NCBI GenBank assembly: GCA_963760415.1
Contig: CAVXDA010000015.1
Span: forward strand, 168,184-232,183
Source of the DNA: an uncultured Acidobacteriaceae bacterium
Lineage (GTDB): Bacteria; Acidobacteriota; Terriglobia; Terriglobales; Acidobacteriaceae
Direction: 5' to 3'
Length of the DNA stretch: 64,000 nucleotides
The translations under genes and the position numbers were made by a program. Numbering within the stretch: the stretch's first letter is position 1; each line of letters begins with the position of its first letter. The notes beneath the pieces were generated by a model that did no database searches, was not told the origin of the DNA, and saw only the letters and a list, made by a program, of their open reading frames with translations. Shown one piece after another: positions 1-9,754 of the stretch.

Positions 1-1094
1 TCCCCCGCACTTCGACCGATCAGGAGATCAAGAGCGCCTATCGCAAGCTCGCGCTCCAGTATCACCCTGACCGCAACCCCGATAATCCTGACGCGGAGGA
101 GCGCTTCAAGGAGTGCAGCGAGGCCTATGCGATTCTGGCCGACTCTGAGAAGCGCGCTCGCTATGACCGTTTTGGTCACGCCGGAGTTACCAATGGCGCC
201 GGCCAGGGATTCGGCGGGTTCGACGGGACGGTCTTCAACGATTTCCAGGACATCTTCGGCGACCTCTTCGGATTCGGCGACATGTTCGGCCAGCAGCGAG
301 GCGGACGCCGCTCGCGCGCACAACGCGGCGCCGATCTCCGCGAAGACTTGACCCTCGAGTTCGAGGATGCTGTCTTCGGCGTCAGCAAGCAGGTGCAAGT
401 CCGGCGGATGGAAGAATGCGCTCAATGCAAGGGAAGCGGCGCGGCTCCCGGCAAGGCGCCCATCAATTGCACCACGTGTGGCGGCCACGGGCAGGTACGC
501 TATCAGCAGGGCTTCTTCGCCATCTCGCGCACCTGCAGCACGTGCCAGGGCTCGGGCAAGCTGATCGTCGATCCCTGCAACCAATGCCGGGGCCAGGGGC
601 GCGTCACTCGCGAGCGCACGGTGAAGGTCAACGTGCCCGCGGGCGTCGAGGAAGGCGCGCGCATTCTGTACTCCGGCGAAGGCGAGGCCGGAGTGTATGG
701 AGGCCCGCCCGGCGATCTCTACGTCGTTCTGCACGCCAAAGAGCATCCCTTCTTTGAGCGTGAGGGCAAGAACTTGTATTGCGTGGTGCCCATTTCATTT
801 CCCCAGGCCGCGCTCGGCACCGAGGTCCAGGTCCCGACCCTCGACGGCGAGTACACGCTGAAGGTCCCCGAGGGCACGCAGACTGGGACAACCTTCAAGG
901 CCAAGGGCAAAGGCGTGCCGGTGCTGAACGGCCGCGGCCGCGGCGACCTGCATATCGAGGTGAAAGTGCAGACCCCGGCGAAGCTCGGCCAGCGGCAACG
1001 CGAACTGCTGGAGGAACTGCGCACCATGACTTCGGTGGAGAACAAGCCCGTCAGCCGCTCGCTGCTGAACAAGGTGAAAGAGATGTTCCAGTAG
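1..1094 (+). CDS. dnaJ: Molecular chaperone DnaJ (5' end lies outside the window)
   Basis: The frame is open from base 3 and reads DQEIKSAYRKLALQYHPDRNP (J-domain HPD). A G/F-rich linker follows, then four CxxCxGxG zinc-finger motifs (CAQCKGSG, CTTCGGHG, CSTCQGSG, CNQCRGQG). The stop is at 1092-1094. Confidence 0.95.
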   Translation, partial: PRTSTDQEIKSAYRKLALQYHPDRNPDNPDAEERFKECSEAYAILADSEKRARYDRFGHAGVTNGAGQGFGGFDGTVFNDFQDIFGDLFGFGDMFGQQRGGRRSRAQRGADLREDLTLEFEDAVFGVSKQVQVRRMEECAQCKGSGAAPGKAPINCTTCGGHGQVRYQQGFFAISRTCSTCQGSGKLIVDPCNQCRGQGRVTRERTVKVNVPAGVEEGARILYSGEGEAGVYGGPPGDLYVVLHAKEHPFFEREGKNLYCVVPISFPQAALGTEVQVPTLDGEYTLKVPEGTQTGTTFKAKGKGVPVLNGRGRGDLHIEVKVQTPAKLGQRQRELLEELRTMTSVENKPVSRSLLNKVKEMFQ

Positions 1095-1257
1095 CGCGGT
1101 AGCTTTTGGATTTGAGTTCGCAGCGATTCTCTTCGCGGCAGATGCCAGGATCCGGACAAAAAGAGCCGCAAAGCGGCGGCTTGGTTTGAGCCCCGGGCGC
1201 AAGCTCCAGGTTCGCATGAAAGAACTGGATCGAGCCGCGTAGCGGCGACAAATCGCT

Positions 1258-1370
1258 GTGTCGTCCCTGCCGGGACTCGGGTTTCGGTCCGACTTTTCCC
1301 AGCGCTCGCGCGCTGGGCTAAACTGAGTCGCCCCTGCGGGGCTGGTTTTTCGGGGTTCGTTCAGAATCGC
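1258..1370. repeat. Intergenic REP/MITE-like element (family A). A second copy lies inside rsmE at 2514-2605 in the opposite orientation.
   Basis: The reverse complement reads ...ccagccccgcaggggcg...gtttagcccagcgcgcgagcgctggg...gtcggaccgaaacccgagtcccggcagggacgac. It aligns with 2514-2605, and the internal hairpin arms differ in a compensatory way (cagcgc/gcgctg versus ccgggc/gcccgg). Confidence 0.55.
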
Positions 1371-1392
1371 GAAAGGCGAATAGCGGTTCTCC

Positions 1393-1776
1393 TTGGACAA
1401 AGCCCTCCGCATCTACGCCTGGTTTCTCCTGATTGTGACCGCGTTGCCGGCCGCGGCTCGCCTGCTGCGACCGCGCGAACTGGCCCACATCCTGCTGTTA
1501 CGCTACCAGAACCCCAAACGCCGCAAGCGGGCTCGCGTCGGAGGGCTTATCTACTTGGGCCTGTCGCTATTCGCCGTTCCGTTTCTGCTGCGTGCCGAAA
1601 TGCGCCAGGAGCGCTGGCTGGTCATGGCGGTGATGGTGGGTATGGTTTCGGCACTGGAGTTTCTGCTGAACAGCCGCTTATTCAGCGAAGAGGCCCTCAC
1701 CCGCCAGAACCGCATATTCGGCGGCGTCTATGCCTCGATCGCGATTGCCGTTGCCCTGTTGCTCTTCACACGATGA
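1393..1776 (+). CDS. Hypothetical multi-pass membrane protein
   Basis: 127-aa ORF with a TTG start and three or four hydrophobic helices (WFLLIVTALPAAA, LIYLGLSLFAVPFLL, LVMAVMVGMVSALEFLL, VYASIAIAVALLLF). I recognise no family. Confidence 0.45.
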   Translation: MDKALRIYAWFLLIVTALPAAARLLRPRELAHILLLRYQNPKRRKRARVGGLIYLGLSLFAVPFLLRAEMRQERWLVMAVMVGMVSALEFLLNSRLFSEEALTRQNRIFGGVYASIAIAVALLLFTR

Positions 1777-1787
1777 TCCTTTACCCC

Positions 1788-1846
1788 TTGTCATCCTGAG
1801 CGGAGGTTCGTCCGCCGCCCGGACGAACCGCAGTCGAAGGATCCCT
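1788..1846. repeat. 'tgtcatcctgagcg' intergenic repeat (family B) with an internal hairpin
   Basis: ttgtcatcctgagcggaggttcgtccgccgcccggacgaaccgcagtcgaaggatcc. The hairpin is ggttcgtccg/cggacgaacc. The same tgtcatcccgagcg core recurs four times at 36716-36870 on the other strand. Confidence 0.55.
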
Positions 1847-1995
1847 ATAGAGGAAGCAATTTAAGAAGAGGTTACTGTTCTATCTCTTCAGCTTTGTCAT
1901 CCAGGCGCACGGCAGCGCGGCGAGGAATCCGCTTCTCCTCCAATGGACATCTATGAAACAAGTTATGAGTTTGCCACCCTGCTACTCTTTACCCG

Positions 1996-2904
1996 ATGAC
2001 CCGCCGCCGTTGGATTGCCGACGAGTTCACTGCCGACCGCGCTGCCTTGACTGGCGCCCATGCAGCGCATCTGTCGCGCACCTTGCGGGCGCGCGTCGGA
2101 CAGGAGTTCGAAGTCGCGTGCGGCGAGCACGTGCGACGTGCGACCGTCGCGATCGTAAATGACGACCGCGTCGAGTTCACCTTAGGCGATGAAGTCACAG
2201 CCAGCGCGGTCGTGCCGATCACGCTGCTGCTGGCCATCTTCAAGTTCGATCGCATGGAGTGGGCCATCGAAAAATGCACCGAGCTGAACGTCACGGCCAT
2301 CATCCCGGTCTTAGCACGGCGCACGGAAAAGCACTTGGCGCTGGCTGCCGCTAAGCGCGTGGAGCGCTGGCGGCGCGTCGCACGCGAGGCCGCTGAGCAG
2401 TCGCGCCGCGCGTCACCCCCCGAAATCTTCGAGCCGGTGAAGCTGGCGGAAGTGCTTGCGAACAACGTGCCTAAGAATTCGCTTGGGTTGCGATCGTTCC
2501 ACGACTCGCGGAGAAGCCAGCCCAACAGGGGCGGAACCGGTGTTAGCCCCGGGCGTAAGCCCGGGGTAGAGTCGGGGGTCAACCCGAGTCCCGCAGGGAC
2601 GGCACAGGCTCTCGCGAATTCGCCAGAAAGGCCCCAAGCCTTGCCGGAGGAACCCGGCAATTCTCGGGGCTTGCGCATCGTCCTCGCCGAAGCTGAACAC
2701 GGAGCCACACTCGGGGACGTCCTTCGCGCCCAGAACAACATTACCTCTCTGGCGCTTGCGGTCGGTCCGGAAGGTGGCTGGACCGCCGATGAGGTGCACC
2801 TCTTCCAACAATCGTACTGGATCGCAGCCTCCCTCGGCGAGACCATCCTTCGCGCCGAGACCGCCGCCATCGCCGCACTCGCCATCGCGCGCGCAGAAAT
2901 CTAG
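1996..2904 (+). CDS. rsmE: 16S rRNA (uracil1498-N3)-methyltransferase RsmE carrying an in-frame insertion
   Basis: N-terminus MTRRRWIADEF...AHLSRTLRARVGQEFEV and C-terminal SPOUT motif LAVGPEGGWTADEV...LGETILRAETAAI. At 302 aa it is longer than the usual roughly 245 aa because of a low-complexity block encoded at about 2475-2680. Confidence 0.85.
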   Translation: MTRRRWIADEFTADRAALTGAHAAHLSRTLRARVGQEFEVACGEHVRRATVAIVNDDRVEFTLGDEVTASAVVPITLLLAIFKFDRMEWAIEKCTELNVTAIIPVLARRTEKHLALAAAKRVERWRRVAREAAEQSRRASPPEIFEPVKLAEVLANNVPKNSLGLRSFHDSRRSQPNRGGTGVSPGRKPGVESGVNPSPAGTAQALANSPERPQALPEEPGNSRGLRIVLAEAEHGATLGDVLRAQNNITSLALAVGPEGGWTADEVHLFQQSYWIAASLGETILRAETAAIAALAIARAEI

Positions 2905-3153
2905 AACGCGGGCAAGATGTCTTGTCGAGCCTTTCGGATCCGGCATTAACCGACGAGCAGCGAAAAACTCTGGAAAATGCCTATGTCGAGCTGAGCCACA
3001 GAATCAAGGACATCGACCATGGGTCACAAAGGAGGTCCTTTTTTCGAGGAGTAGAGAACGGGGGACGAAGCGGGTTTCCGCCAAGAGCCCTGAGGCGACC
3101 ATCTCTGGCTCGCGTAACTACGAGATTCGGTTCCGGTTGGTGAGCTTGTGGAG

Positions 3154-4867
3154 TTACGTGCGGGGGTTGAATCGGTAAGGACGATAGACCGGCTCCCAGA
3201 CTTTGGCGCGGATACGAGACTCCAAGGTTTGCTCGTTAAGCGGACCTGCAACGCCATCCTCGATCGCCTGAAGCGCGACCGCCTTAGCCACCGCGAAGGA
3301 CACGTGAGCGAAGTTCCGAAACCGGCGGCAACAATCGTCCCGACTTATTGCGCCGCGTGGGAGAAAGTTCCGCGAGACATTTGGCGGCAGCCATGAACAT
3401 GGTGTCGGTGACGCGCCGCGCTTCTACCGATAGGATACCCAAACCCATTCCGGGGAAGATGTACGAGTTGTTGGTCTGATCGATCGGCACTTCGCGACCA
3501 TTCCAGTTCACCGCAGCGAATGGGCTGCCGGTACCGATGAGCGCGCGCCCGTCCGTCCACTTCAGCAAGTCTGTTGGAGTAGCCTCCGAGCGCGACGTAG
3601 GATTTGATAGCGGGAAAATCACCGGCCTTTCGACAGTGGCAGCCATCGCTCGGATCACCTCCTGCGTGAAGACGCCAGCTTGTCCCGAGACCCCAATGAG
3701 CGTCGTTGGTTTGGCGTTCCTCACCACATCGAGCAGGCTAATGCGATCGTTATCCCCCAGTTGCCAATTGGTGATCGCGGAACGAGGTTGCACAAATGCC
3801 TGCTGCGCCGGACGTATCGCCGCCATGCCCTCCACCAGCAACCCGTCTTTATCGACCGCAAAAAAGCGGCGGCGCGCCTCCGTGTCGCTCAGGCCTGCGT
3901 TCTTCATCGCGGTCACCAGAAGAGTGCCGATTCCGATACCGGCTGATCCTGCTCCGAAGAGCGCAATGCGCTGCTCGGTCAAGGGCACGCCGGTAACGTT
4001 GATCGCAGCAAGCAGGGTCCCCGCAGCCACGGCCGCTGTCCCTTGGATATCGTCGTTAAAGGTGCAGAGCCGGTCGCGATAGCGTTCGAGCAATCGCCCC
4101 GCGTTGATGCCGGCAAAGTCCTCCCATTGCAACAGCACGTGGGGCCAGCGCGCGATCACAGCGCTGACGAAAGCCTCGACGAAATCGTCGTACTCGGCGC
4201 CGCGTACCCGTTGGTGACGCCACCCGACATAGACAGGATCTTCGAGGCGCTCCACGTTGTCGGTACCGACATCGAGCAATACCGGTAAACACTCCTGGGG
4301 GTGAATGCCGGCGCAGGCCGTATAGAGCGCCAGCTTGCCGATGGGGATTCCCATGCCCCCGGCACCCTGGTCGCCGAGCCCGAGAATGCGCTCGCCATCG
4401 CTGACCACGATCGCACGGATCGCGTCATAGCGGTGGTGCCCGAGGATCTCGCGAATTCTGTTCTGATTGGGATAGCTGAGAAACAGCCCGCGGGGTTTGC
4501 GCCAGATCTCGCTGAAGCGTTGGCATCCTTCGCCGACCGTCGGCGTGTACACCAGCGGCATCATCTCTTCGAGGTTGCGCACTAGTGCGGCGTAAAACAG
4601 GGTTTCATTCGTGTCCTGCAGGTCCCGCAGATAGGCATAGCGCTCGAAATCAGTTTCAAAGTTGCGCAGCACCTTGAGACGGCGTGCCGCCTGATCTTCA
4701 AGATTGCCAACATGTGGGGGAAGCAGTCCGTGCAGGGCGAAGTCGCTGCGCTCGTTTTCGCTGAACGCGGTTCCCTTGTTCAGCATGGGAAAGTTAATCA
4801 GGTCGAAGCCCGAGAGCCCGGTCTCCAGAATCCCCTCATCCGAGATGCGATATTTCATACCGTTCAC
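3154..4867 (-). pseudogene. NAD(P)-dependent malic enzyme; the reading frame is broken near the 3' end (probably an assembly indel)
   Basis: 527-aa ORF reading MKYRISDEGILETGLSGFDLINFPMLNKGTAFSENER...YTPTVGEGC...GLGDQGAGGMGIPIGKL. The ORF stops at 3284. Removing one base near 3307 restores the conserved tail HVSFAVAKAVALQAIEDGVAGPLNEQTLESRIRAKVWEPVYRPY..*, which ends at 3154. Confidence 0.85.
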
Positions 4868-4964
4868 CAGTCAGAGGAATAATCGTGCGCCTGGTTTCCT
4901 CGCGGAGTATATAGTTTGGGGCAGTTGGGGAGCTACAACGGAAATTCCGGCTGAAGATTCTGGA

Positions 4965-6096
4965 TCATAGCAATTGCGTGGGAGGATTCCGTGAAAGGGA
5001 AGAGTCTTTATCGTAACTTGTCATTTGTCCGCACGCATGCGCGCTTTTCTGCTGGCAACCTCCCCGAAGCCGGCGGGCGCGATTGATGCTGCCAACGGGT
5101 GTGCTGTCAGGTGTCGCGTGTCCCGTGACATCGAAATAGGTCGCTTCGCCGGCATCTGGATCGAGCTGCGATTTCGGTAGGAGGGTAAGCCGTCCGACCG
5201 TGTGGAAAGGCGCTTCCGCTTCCTTCCACTCGACACTCGCGTTTTCGATCCAGAAGTTGGCGTCGTAGCGCTTGCCCCAATAGGTCATCCTCTCGGCGTC
5301 GAGGAACTGGACTCCAAAGTCGAAGCTGCTCATCTTGCCATCTTCGTTGAGGTGCCGGATCAGTTCGTCCTGCAGGCCTTTCGGGTTGCTCCTTTGCAGG
5401 GGACGCGCCGGATTGTCCGGGGACGGTGTAGCCGAATACTTCACAACATCGATCGGTCCGTGACGAAACGGCACGTTGCTCCAGTAGCGCAGTTGCTGAT
5501 ACGGCCTGATTTTCTGGCGCGACTGCAATTCTGCCAACGTGAGCGTCCTCAGCACTCTCAACTTGTCCTTGAACGGCAGCGACCACAAGCCGACAGCCGG
5601 GTTCGATGCTGTCAGCAGCTTCATGATCGCCAGCAAATGCAGGCGAGTCGTTGATGGGCAGAGTCGGGGCGTTTTGCAGTGAAAAATCCTGGCGGTCAAC
5701 CTTCGCGTCAGGAACAGCCGTGCCATCCCGGGTGAGGTCGACCGAGAACGACAACGATCGGACGTCGGGCTTGAAATCAGAGTTCACCTTCGGATCCGCA
5801 TTCCCAAAGCGCACGATGGCGGGATATACGCCCGGCGTCGCGAAGATCCCCTTGGCGAGCCGCGCCGCCAGCTCGGGGTCGCGTCCGACGGTAACGTCAA
5901 ATACTTCGAATTGGGCCCGGGCGCAGACACCCTTCGCATGAGTTCCACGGCGGAGCGGCCGCTGTTGTTGGGCGGCAGCATTCGCCTGCATCAGGAGACT
6001 TGTCCTGACGATTTCCTCGATGTCAGCCTGTTCCCGAGCGAGGTCCCGCTCTGCGTCGCTACCGGTCACTCCGAACCATCTCGTCAGGAACAGCAT
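4965..6096 (-). pseudogene. Catalase-related small heme protein ('mini-catalase', Thr-His distal motif), frameshifted
   Basis: The N-terminal frame (6096 down to about 5650) reads ...QQRPLRRGTHAKGVCARAQFEV...VRFGNADPKVNSDFKPDVRSLSFSV...QNAPTLPINDSPAF. It continues in the 4965-5726 frame as IMKLLTASNPAVGLWSLPF...YQQLRYWSNVPFRHGP...FGVQFLD...NASVEWKEAEAPFHTVGRLTL. Confidence 0.7.
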
Positions 6097-6127
6097 GGGT
6101 TGAACTCTCCTCGGCGACGGTCGTCCG

Positions 6128-7528
6128 TTACTTCAGGTTGGAGATGAATTTGATCGCGGTGATGCTCGGCAGAAAGCAGTAGGCGGCGGCTTTCGTCGTA
6201 ACGAAGCTTGAGAACCCGTGATCTTGATCGGGGGCGCGCCATTCGCCTGCGGAATCACGAAAATGCTTTCCGCCGGGTCCTGAGTGCCGATCATCGGGTC
6301 CTTCGATTTGGGGTTCAGCCTGACCGCCCCGGCGAATTCGGCGTCATTGACCCACTGCGCTCAGCACGAACTCATATTGGTTCTCGATGTTGGAGTTGAT
6401 GAAGTAGCCCAGCAGCCCGCGCTCGATGCCGTCGTAGGGTTGCGTCGGATCGTAGATCGGCCCGTATGGCATGCCGCGGCGGATCAGCCGGTGAGTATTG
6501 TTGCTGCCGCCGGGTTGGCCCTGACCCGTGACTGGCTGGCCTCGCGGATTGATGCGGCGCATGTGCGCGCCGACCGGACAGCGCAGTCCCTTTGGATCGC
6601 CTGACCCATCCGCGTTCACGTATTCGAAGTTGTTCAGCTGCTCGGGTGAAATCCCGCCCGGAGGGCTGTCCGTATCCGGCGACAACGCAAGCGGAACGCC
6701 GTTGCGCCAGCGTCCGCACATCTTGGCGGCAAGCAGTTCGGGATCGATCTTGTCCTTGTTCGATTGCAGGAAATTCTCGAATCCGACCACGTCCGTCTCG
6801 ATCATCTTGAAGACAGCAAAGCTGCCGTTCAGACCGAGTTCTCGCGGCTCCGGCACGAAGTAATTCTCAGCTTCGTCCTGCAGAACGAAGAGCCACGGTT
6901 CGCAGGGCTGCTGGTGATCCGGCGGATATCGTTCCGGGCCGCCGCGAATGGTGGTCATGCTGATGCCGTCGGTGTAGCCGAAGTGAACCTTGGAGGTGGG
7001 GACGGGCTTGCCATCCACCATCTCCATCAGCGCCATCCCGTCGCCACGCCAGATCTCCCGAAAGGCGCCACCTTCGGCAAACAGAGCAGACAGCCGGTCG
7101 CTGTAGGTCGTCATCGCCTCCGGGCTGATGGCGTGCAGCGTCACCAGGACGTGATCGCTTCCCTTGCCAAAGCCGCCGATCCAGTTCTCGGGCGCACTGG
7201 CTCCGGTGTCGCCCACCAATTTCGCGCGTTCGGCGGCTCCGGCGATGAATGCGCCGAACGACTTGAAGGAGAGCGACGGAACGCGATCTTTGATCTCCAG
7301 CGCAACCAGTCCGGGCCAGGTAATGCCCACGTTAAGGCAGTAGTCGGGCTTGTGGCGCGGCGGCTCGGCCGGATTGTCTCCTGGACCCGGCTCGAACCCT
7401 ACGTGCCAGTCTTCGGCGGTGGTGATCTGCGGCGCGTCAGACTCGTCGCCGCTGACCAGCCGTCCGAGCAGCTTGCGCGCCTCCGCGGGGACGCCCACGG
7501 TCAGCAGGAAATGCCGCACCATCGGCAT
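6128..7528 (-). pseudogene. Dyp-type (dye-decolorizing) peroxidase, with two frameshifts in the last ~80 codons
   Basis: 394-aa ORF reading ...FGKGSDHVLVTLHA...VHFGYTDGIS...CPVGAHMRRINPRG...HRLIRRGMPYGP...GLLGYFINSNIENQYEFV. The conserved C-terminus QWVNDAEFAGAVRLNPKSKDPMIGTQDP and ...FVTTKAAAYCFLPSITAIKFISNLK* continues in the other two frames down to 6128. Confidence 0.85.
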
Positions 7529-7619
7529 CCGGTAGCCGCGGAGGATGAATCCCTGAATATCAGCGAGGTCGAGTGGGCTCTTCGTGGCCGATTCCGAATG
7601 GGCGTCAGGGGCCGAGGTC

Positions 7620-8597
7620 TCACGCCCGAACAGACGGCGAAAGATCCCGCCGCCTTCCTTTCCCTGGTCGTCTCTTTTTTTCCTGACTCACTGCACTGTC
7701 TCCTGCTTGATCCTCGCTGCTCGATTCGAGGCCTGATTGCGACTTGCTGTCGGCGATCAGGGCATGGATGTCCTGAACGCGACAGGCCCGGATATGCCTG
7801 GTAGAAACCGATCGGAGCGCGGTTCGCCCCCGCCGCGAAGTCAATGAACTCCTGGAGGTGCTTTCTGCACGGCGAGGGTGGCGCACCCTTGGTGAACTTG
7901 AACAGGAGATCGAAGACCTCTCCGATGTTCTTCGTGAAATCGGCAATGTACGTGTCGAATGAGCCGTCATACACGGTAAAGAAACCGATTTGGTTGTCTT
8001 CAAGCGGCACGAACTGTGCGAAGTGGGGTGTGCCGACTTTGTCCAGGTCTTTGGTTGTCCCGTGCCCCCTCGCCGCAGGAGCAGTTGTACCTCGATGAAG
8101 GCAAGTTTCGACTTGATGGGCAGGATCACCAGGAAGACATTCAGTTCGCCGGCGCCGGTGACGTCCGCTGCCGCCGCCAGGGCCTTGATCTCCTTGGCGG
8201 TCACGCCTGGGTACGCGGTGTAGAGATTCACGGCATGAAGAAGATGCTCTGCGGCCCATTCGACGAAAGCGTCTGCGTGATCGGCGACCGGAGTGGGTGG
8301 CGGATTGTCCACATGCTGGAAGATGGCATCGAACACTGGCCCTGCGTGCTTGGCCAGATCGGTCATGAGCTGACTGAATTCGCCGTCGAAGTCGCCAAGA
8401 AACAGCAGAGTCTTTTCGCTCAGCACCGTAAAGCGCGAGTAGTGAATCGTGCCGATGGCATCTTCCGCCTGGAACAGCCCCGGCATCAGAGGTGGAAGCT
8501 GCTCGGCCACCGCCTTTGCGTCCGCAGGCGACTTCAAGGGAAAGCTGAGCGTAAAGTGACCCTGGCCTGTCACGTGACCTCCTTCGTGCATCGTCAA
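7620..8597 (-). pseudogene. Hypothetical protein with two tandem homologous ~150-aa domains, frameshifted twice
   Basis: Domain 1 reads GTIHYSRFTVLSEKTLLFLGDFDGEFSQLMTDLAKHAGPVFDAIFQHVDNPPPTP...LYTAYPGVTAKEIKAL. Domain 2, in the 7501-8259 frame, reads GTPHFAQFVPLEDNQIGFFTVYDGSFDTYIADFTKNIGEVFDLLFKFTKGAPPSP...FYQAYPGLS. The sequence then returns to the first frame (VQDIHALIADSK...). I cannot name a family. Confidence 0.55.
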
Positions 8598-8625
8598 ACG
8601 TCTAAGTTCCGTCGCGTGACCCGCG

Positions 8626-9141
8626 CTACTTCGGCCACTGCTTGAACATCTTCTGGACGGCCTTTTCGACCATTTCCTGGTTCTTGTTGCCGTTCTTGTT
8701 CAGGGTATCTTGCGCGATCCCACGCCAGATCAGTGACTGCGTCTTCGCGTCATAAAGGTCAACGATCATGGTGCCCTCCACGTTTTGCTCGGGAGTGATA
8801 CCGCCCATGCCTCCGCCGATGCCGCGCATGCCCCACGCGCTATAGGATGTCTGCTGTCTCATGCCGCTGTTTGCGGTCAGGATGAGGTCAGGGTTCTGCG
8901 ATTCCTGCACCATTTGGAAACCCTTGCCCTGCATGGCGGAGTTGATGTCCTGCTGGGCCACTTGCGCCAGGATCGAGTTCTGGATCTGGTTGGCGTTGTT
9001 GGAGCCCCAGGCATAGGTGTGATATTGCGCGAAACTCTGATTGTGGTTGTAGTTGACGGAAACCTGTTGTCCGACGGAAATGGTCGATGCGAAGCACAAC
9101 AGCAGCGCGCCAATAGCAATGTTCGTTTTCATGTTCGTCAT
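8626..9141 (-). CDS. DUF4136-like lipoprotein / secreted protein
   Basis: 171 aa with signal peptide MKTNIAIGALLLCFASTISVG. The pattern ...YHTYAWGS...LILTANSG...GTMIVDLYDAKTQSLIWRG... is typical of DUF4136 proteins. Confidence 0.65.
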   Translation of the reverse strand: MTNMKTNIAIGALLLCFASTISVGQQVSVNYNHNQSFAQYHTYAWGSNNANQIQNSILAQVAQQDINSAMQGKGFQMVQESQNPDLILTANSGMRQQTSYSAWGMRGIGGGMGGITPEQNVEGTMIVDLYDAKTQSLIWRGIAQDTLNKNGNKNQEMVEKAVQKMFKQWPK

Positions 9142-9197
9142 CCTTTTCGTTTCTTGATATGTAACTTCAACTTCGAATCTCTGACGGCTTCTTCAAC

Positions 9198-9623
9198 TCA
9201 CAAAATCCCGTGGCCGGTCTCTCGTTTCGCCTGCCGCTCGAAGTAAAACGCAATGCCTAACGCAAGAATCAGGGCCGCGATCCCGAACAGCGTCAGACTC
9301 GGAACGTTGTTGGGTTCTTCGATAATGACTTTCCGGGCCATAGCGATGAGCGCAACTTCCAGGACAACGCGCACGTGAATGACGTCTTTCCTGACGTACG
9401 CTTTCAGCGTCTCCAGCAGTTCCACTCCGATCAGCACCAGCAGGAAGTAGCCAAAAATCTCCAGCAGGCCCTGCACAGGAATGAGCCACTTGGGCGGCTT
9501 CAGGATTTCCTGTCCGATGAGCACACCCAGATGAATCGTGGAGAGCAGCATGACGACGACCAGCATGACGGCCAGCGCCATGACGGTGAACTTCTGCACG
9601 TTTGAAATCAGCTTTTCCAACAC
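9198..9623 (-). CDS. PsiE-family (phosphate-starvation-inducible E-like) membrane protein
   Basis: 141 aa with four TM helices. LLEIFGYFLLVLIGVELLETLKAY...HVRVVLEVALIAMARKVII matches my memory of the PsiE family pattern. Confidence 0.65.
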   Translation of the reverse strand: MLEKLISNVQKFTVMALAVMLVVVMLLSTIHLGVLIGQEILKPPKWLIPVQGLLEIFGYFLLVLIGVELLETLKAYVRKDVIHVRVVLEVALIAMARKVIIEEPNNVPSLTLFGIAALILALGIAFYFERQAKRETGHGIL

Positions 9624-9754
9624 GTGCTCCCATGCGCTCGGCTCAGTTCGCGTTTGCTGCCTCCAGTGCTACTGTCGTGCGCTGCCAGCCTTGGACTGGC
9701 AGCGCGTTTGTTTCGATTCGGAGTTCCTCACAGCCGCCTAGTTGTTGGCTCTGG

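Noticed and set aside
2922-3143. A 73-aa plus-strand ORF between rsmE and the malic enzyme (LSDPALTDEQRKTLENAYVELSHRIKDID...).
   Set aside because: It has only a TTG start and no convincing RBS, and its second half is low complexity. The first ~30 residues look protein-like, so it may be a real small gene disrupted by an indel, but I cannot support it.
6128-8597. DyP peroxidase with its upstream neighbour read as an encapsulin nanocompartment (cargo plus shell) system.
   Set aside because: The neighbour is a tandem duplicated ~150-aa domain protein with no resemblance to the HK97-fold encapsulin sequences I know. The DyP C-terminus (..AAAYCFLPSITAIKFISNLK) is the normal fold end rather than a flexible targeting peptide.
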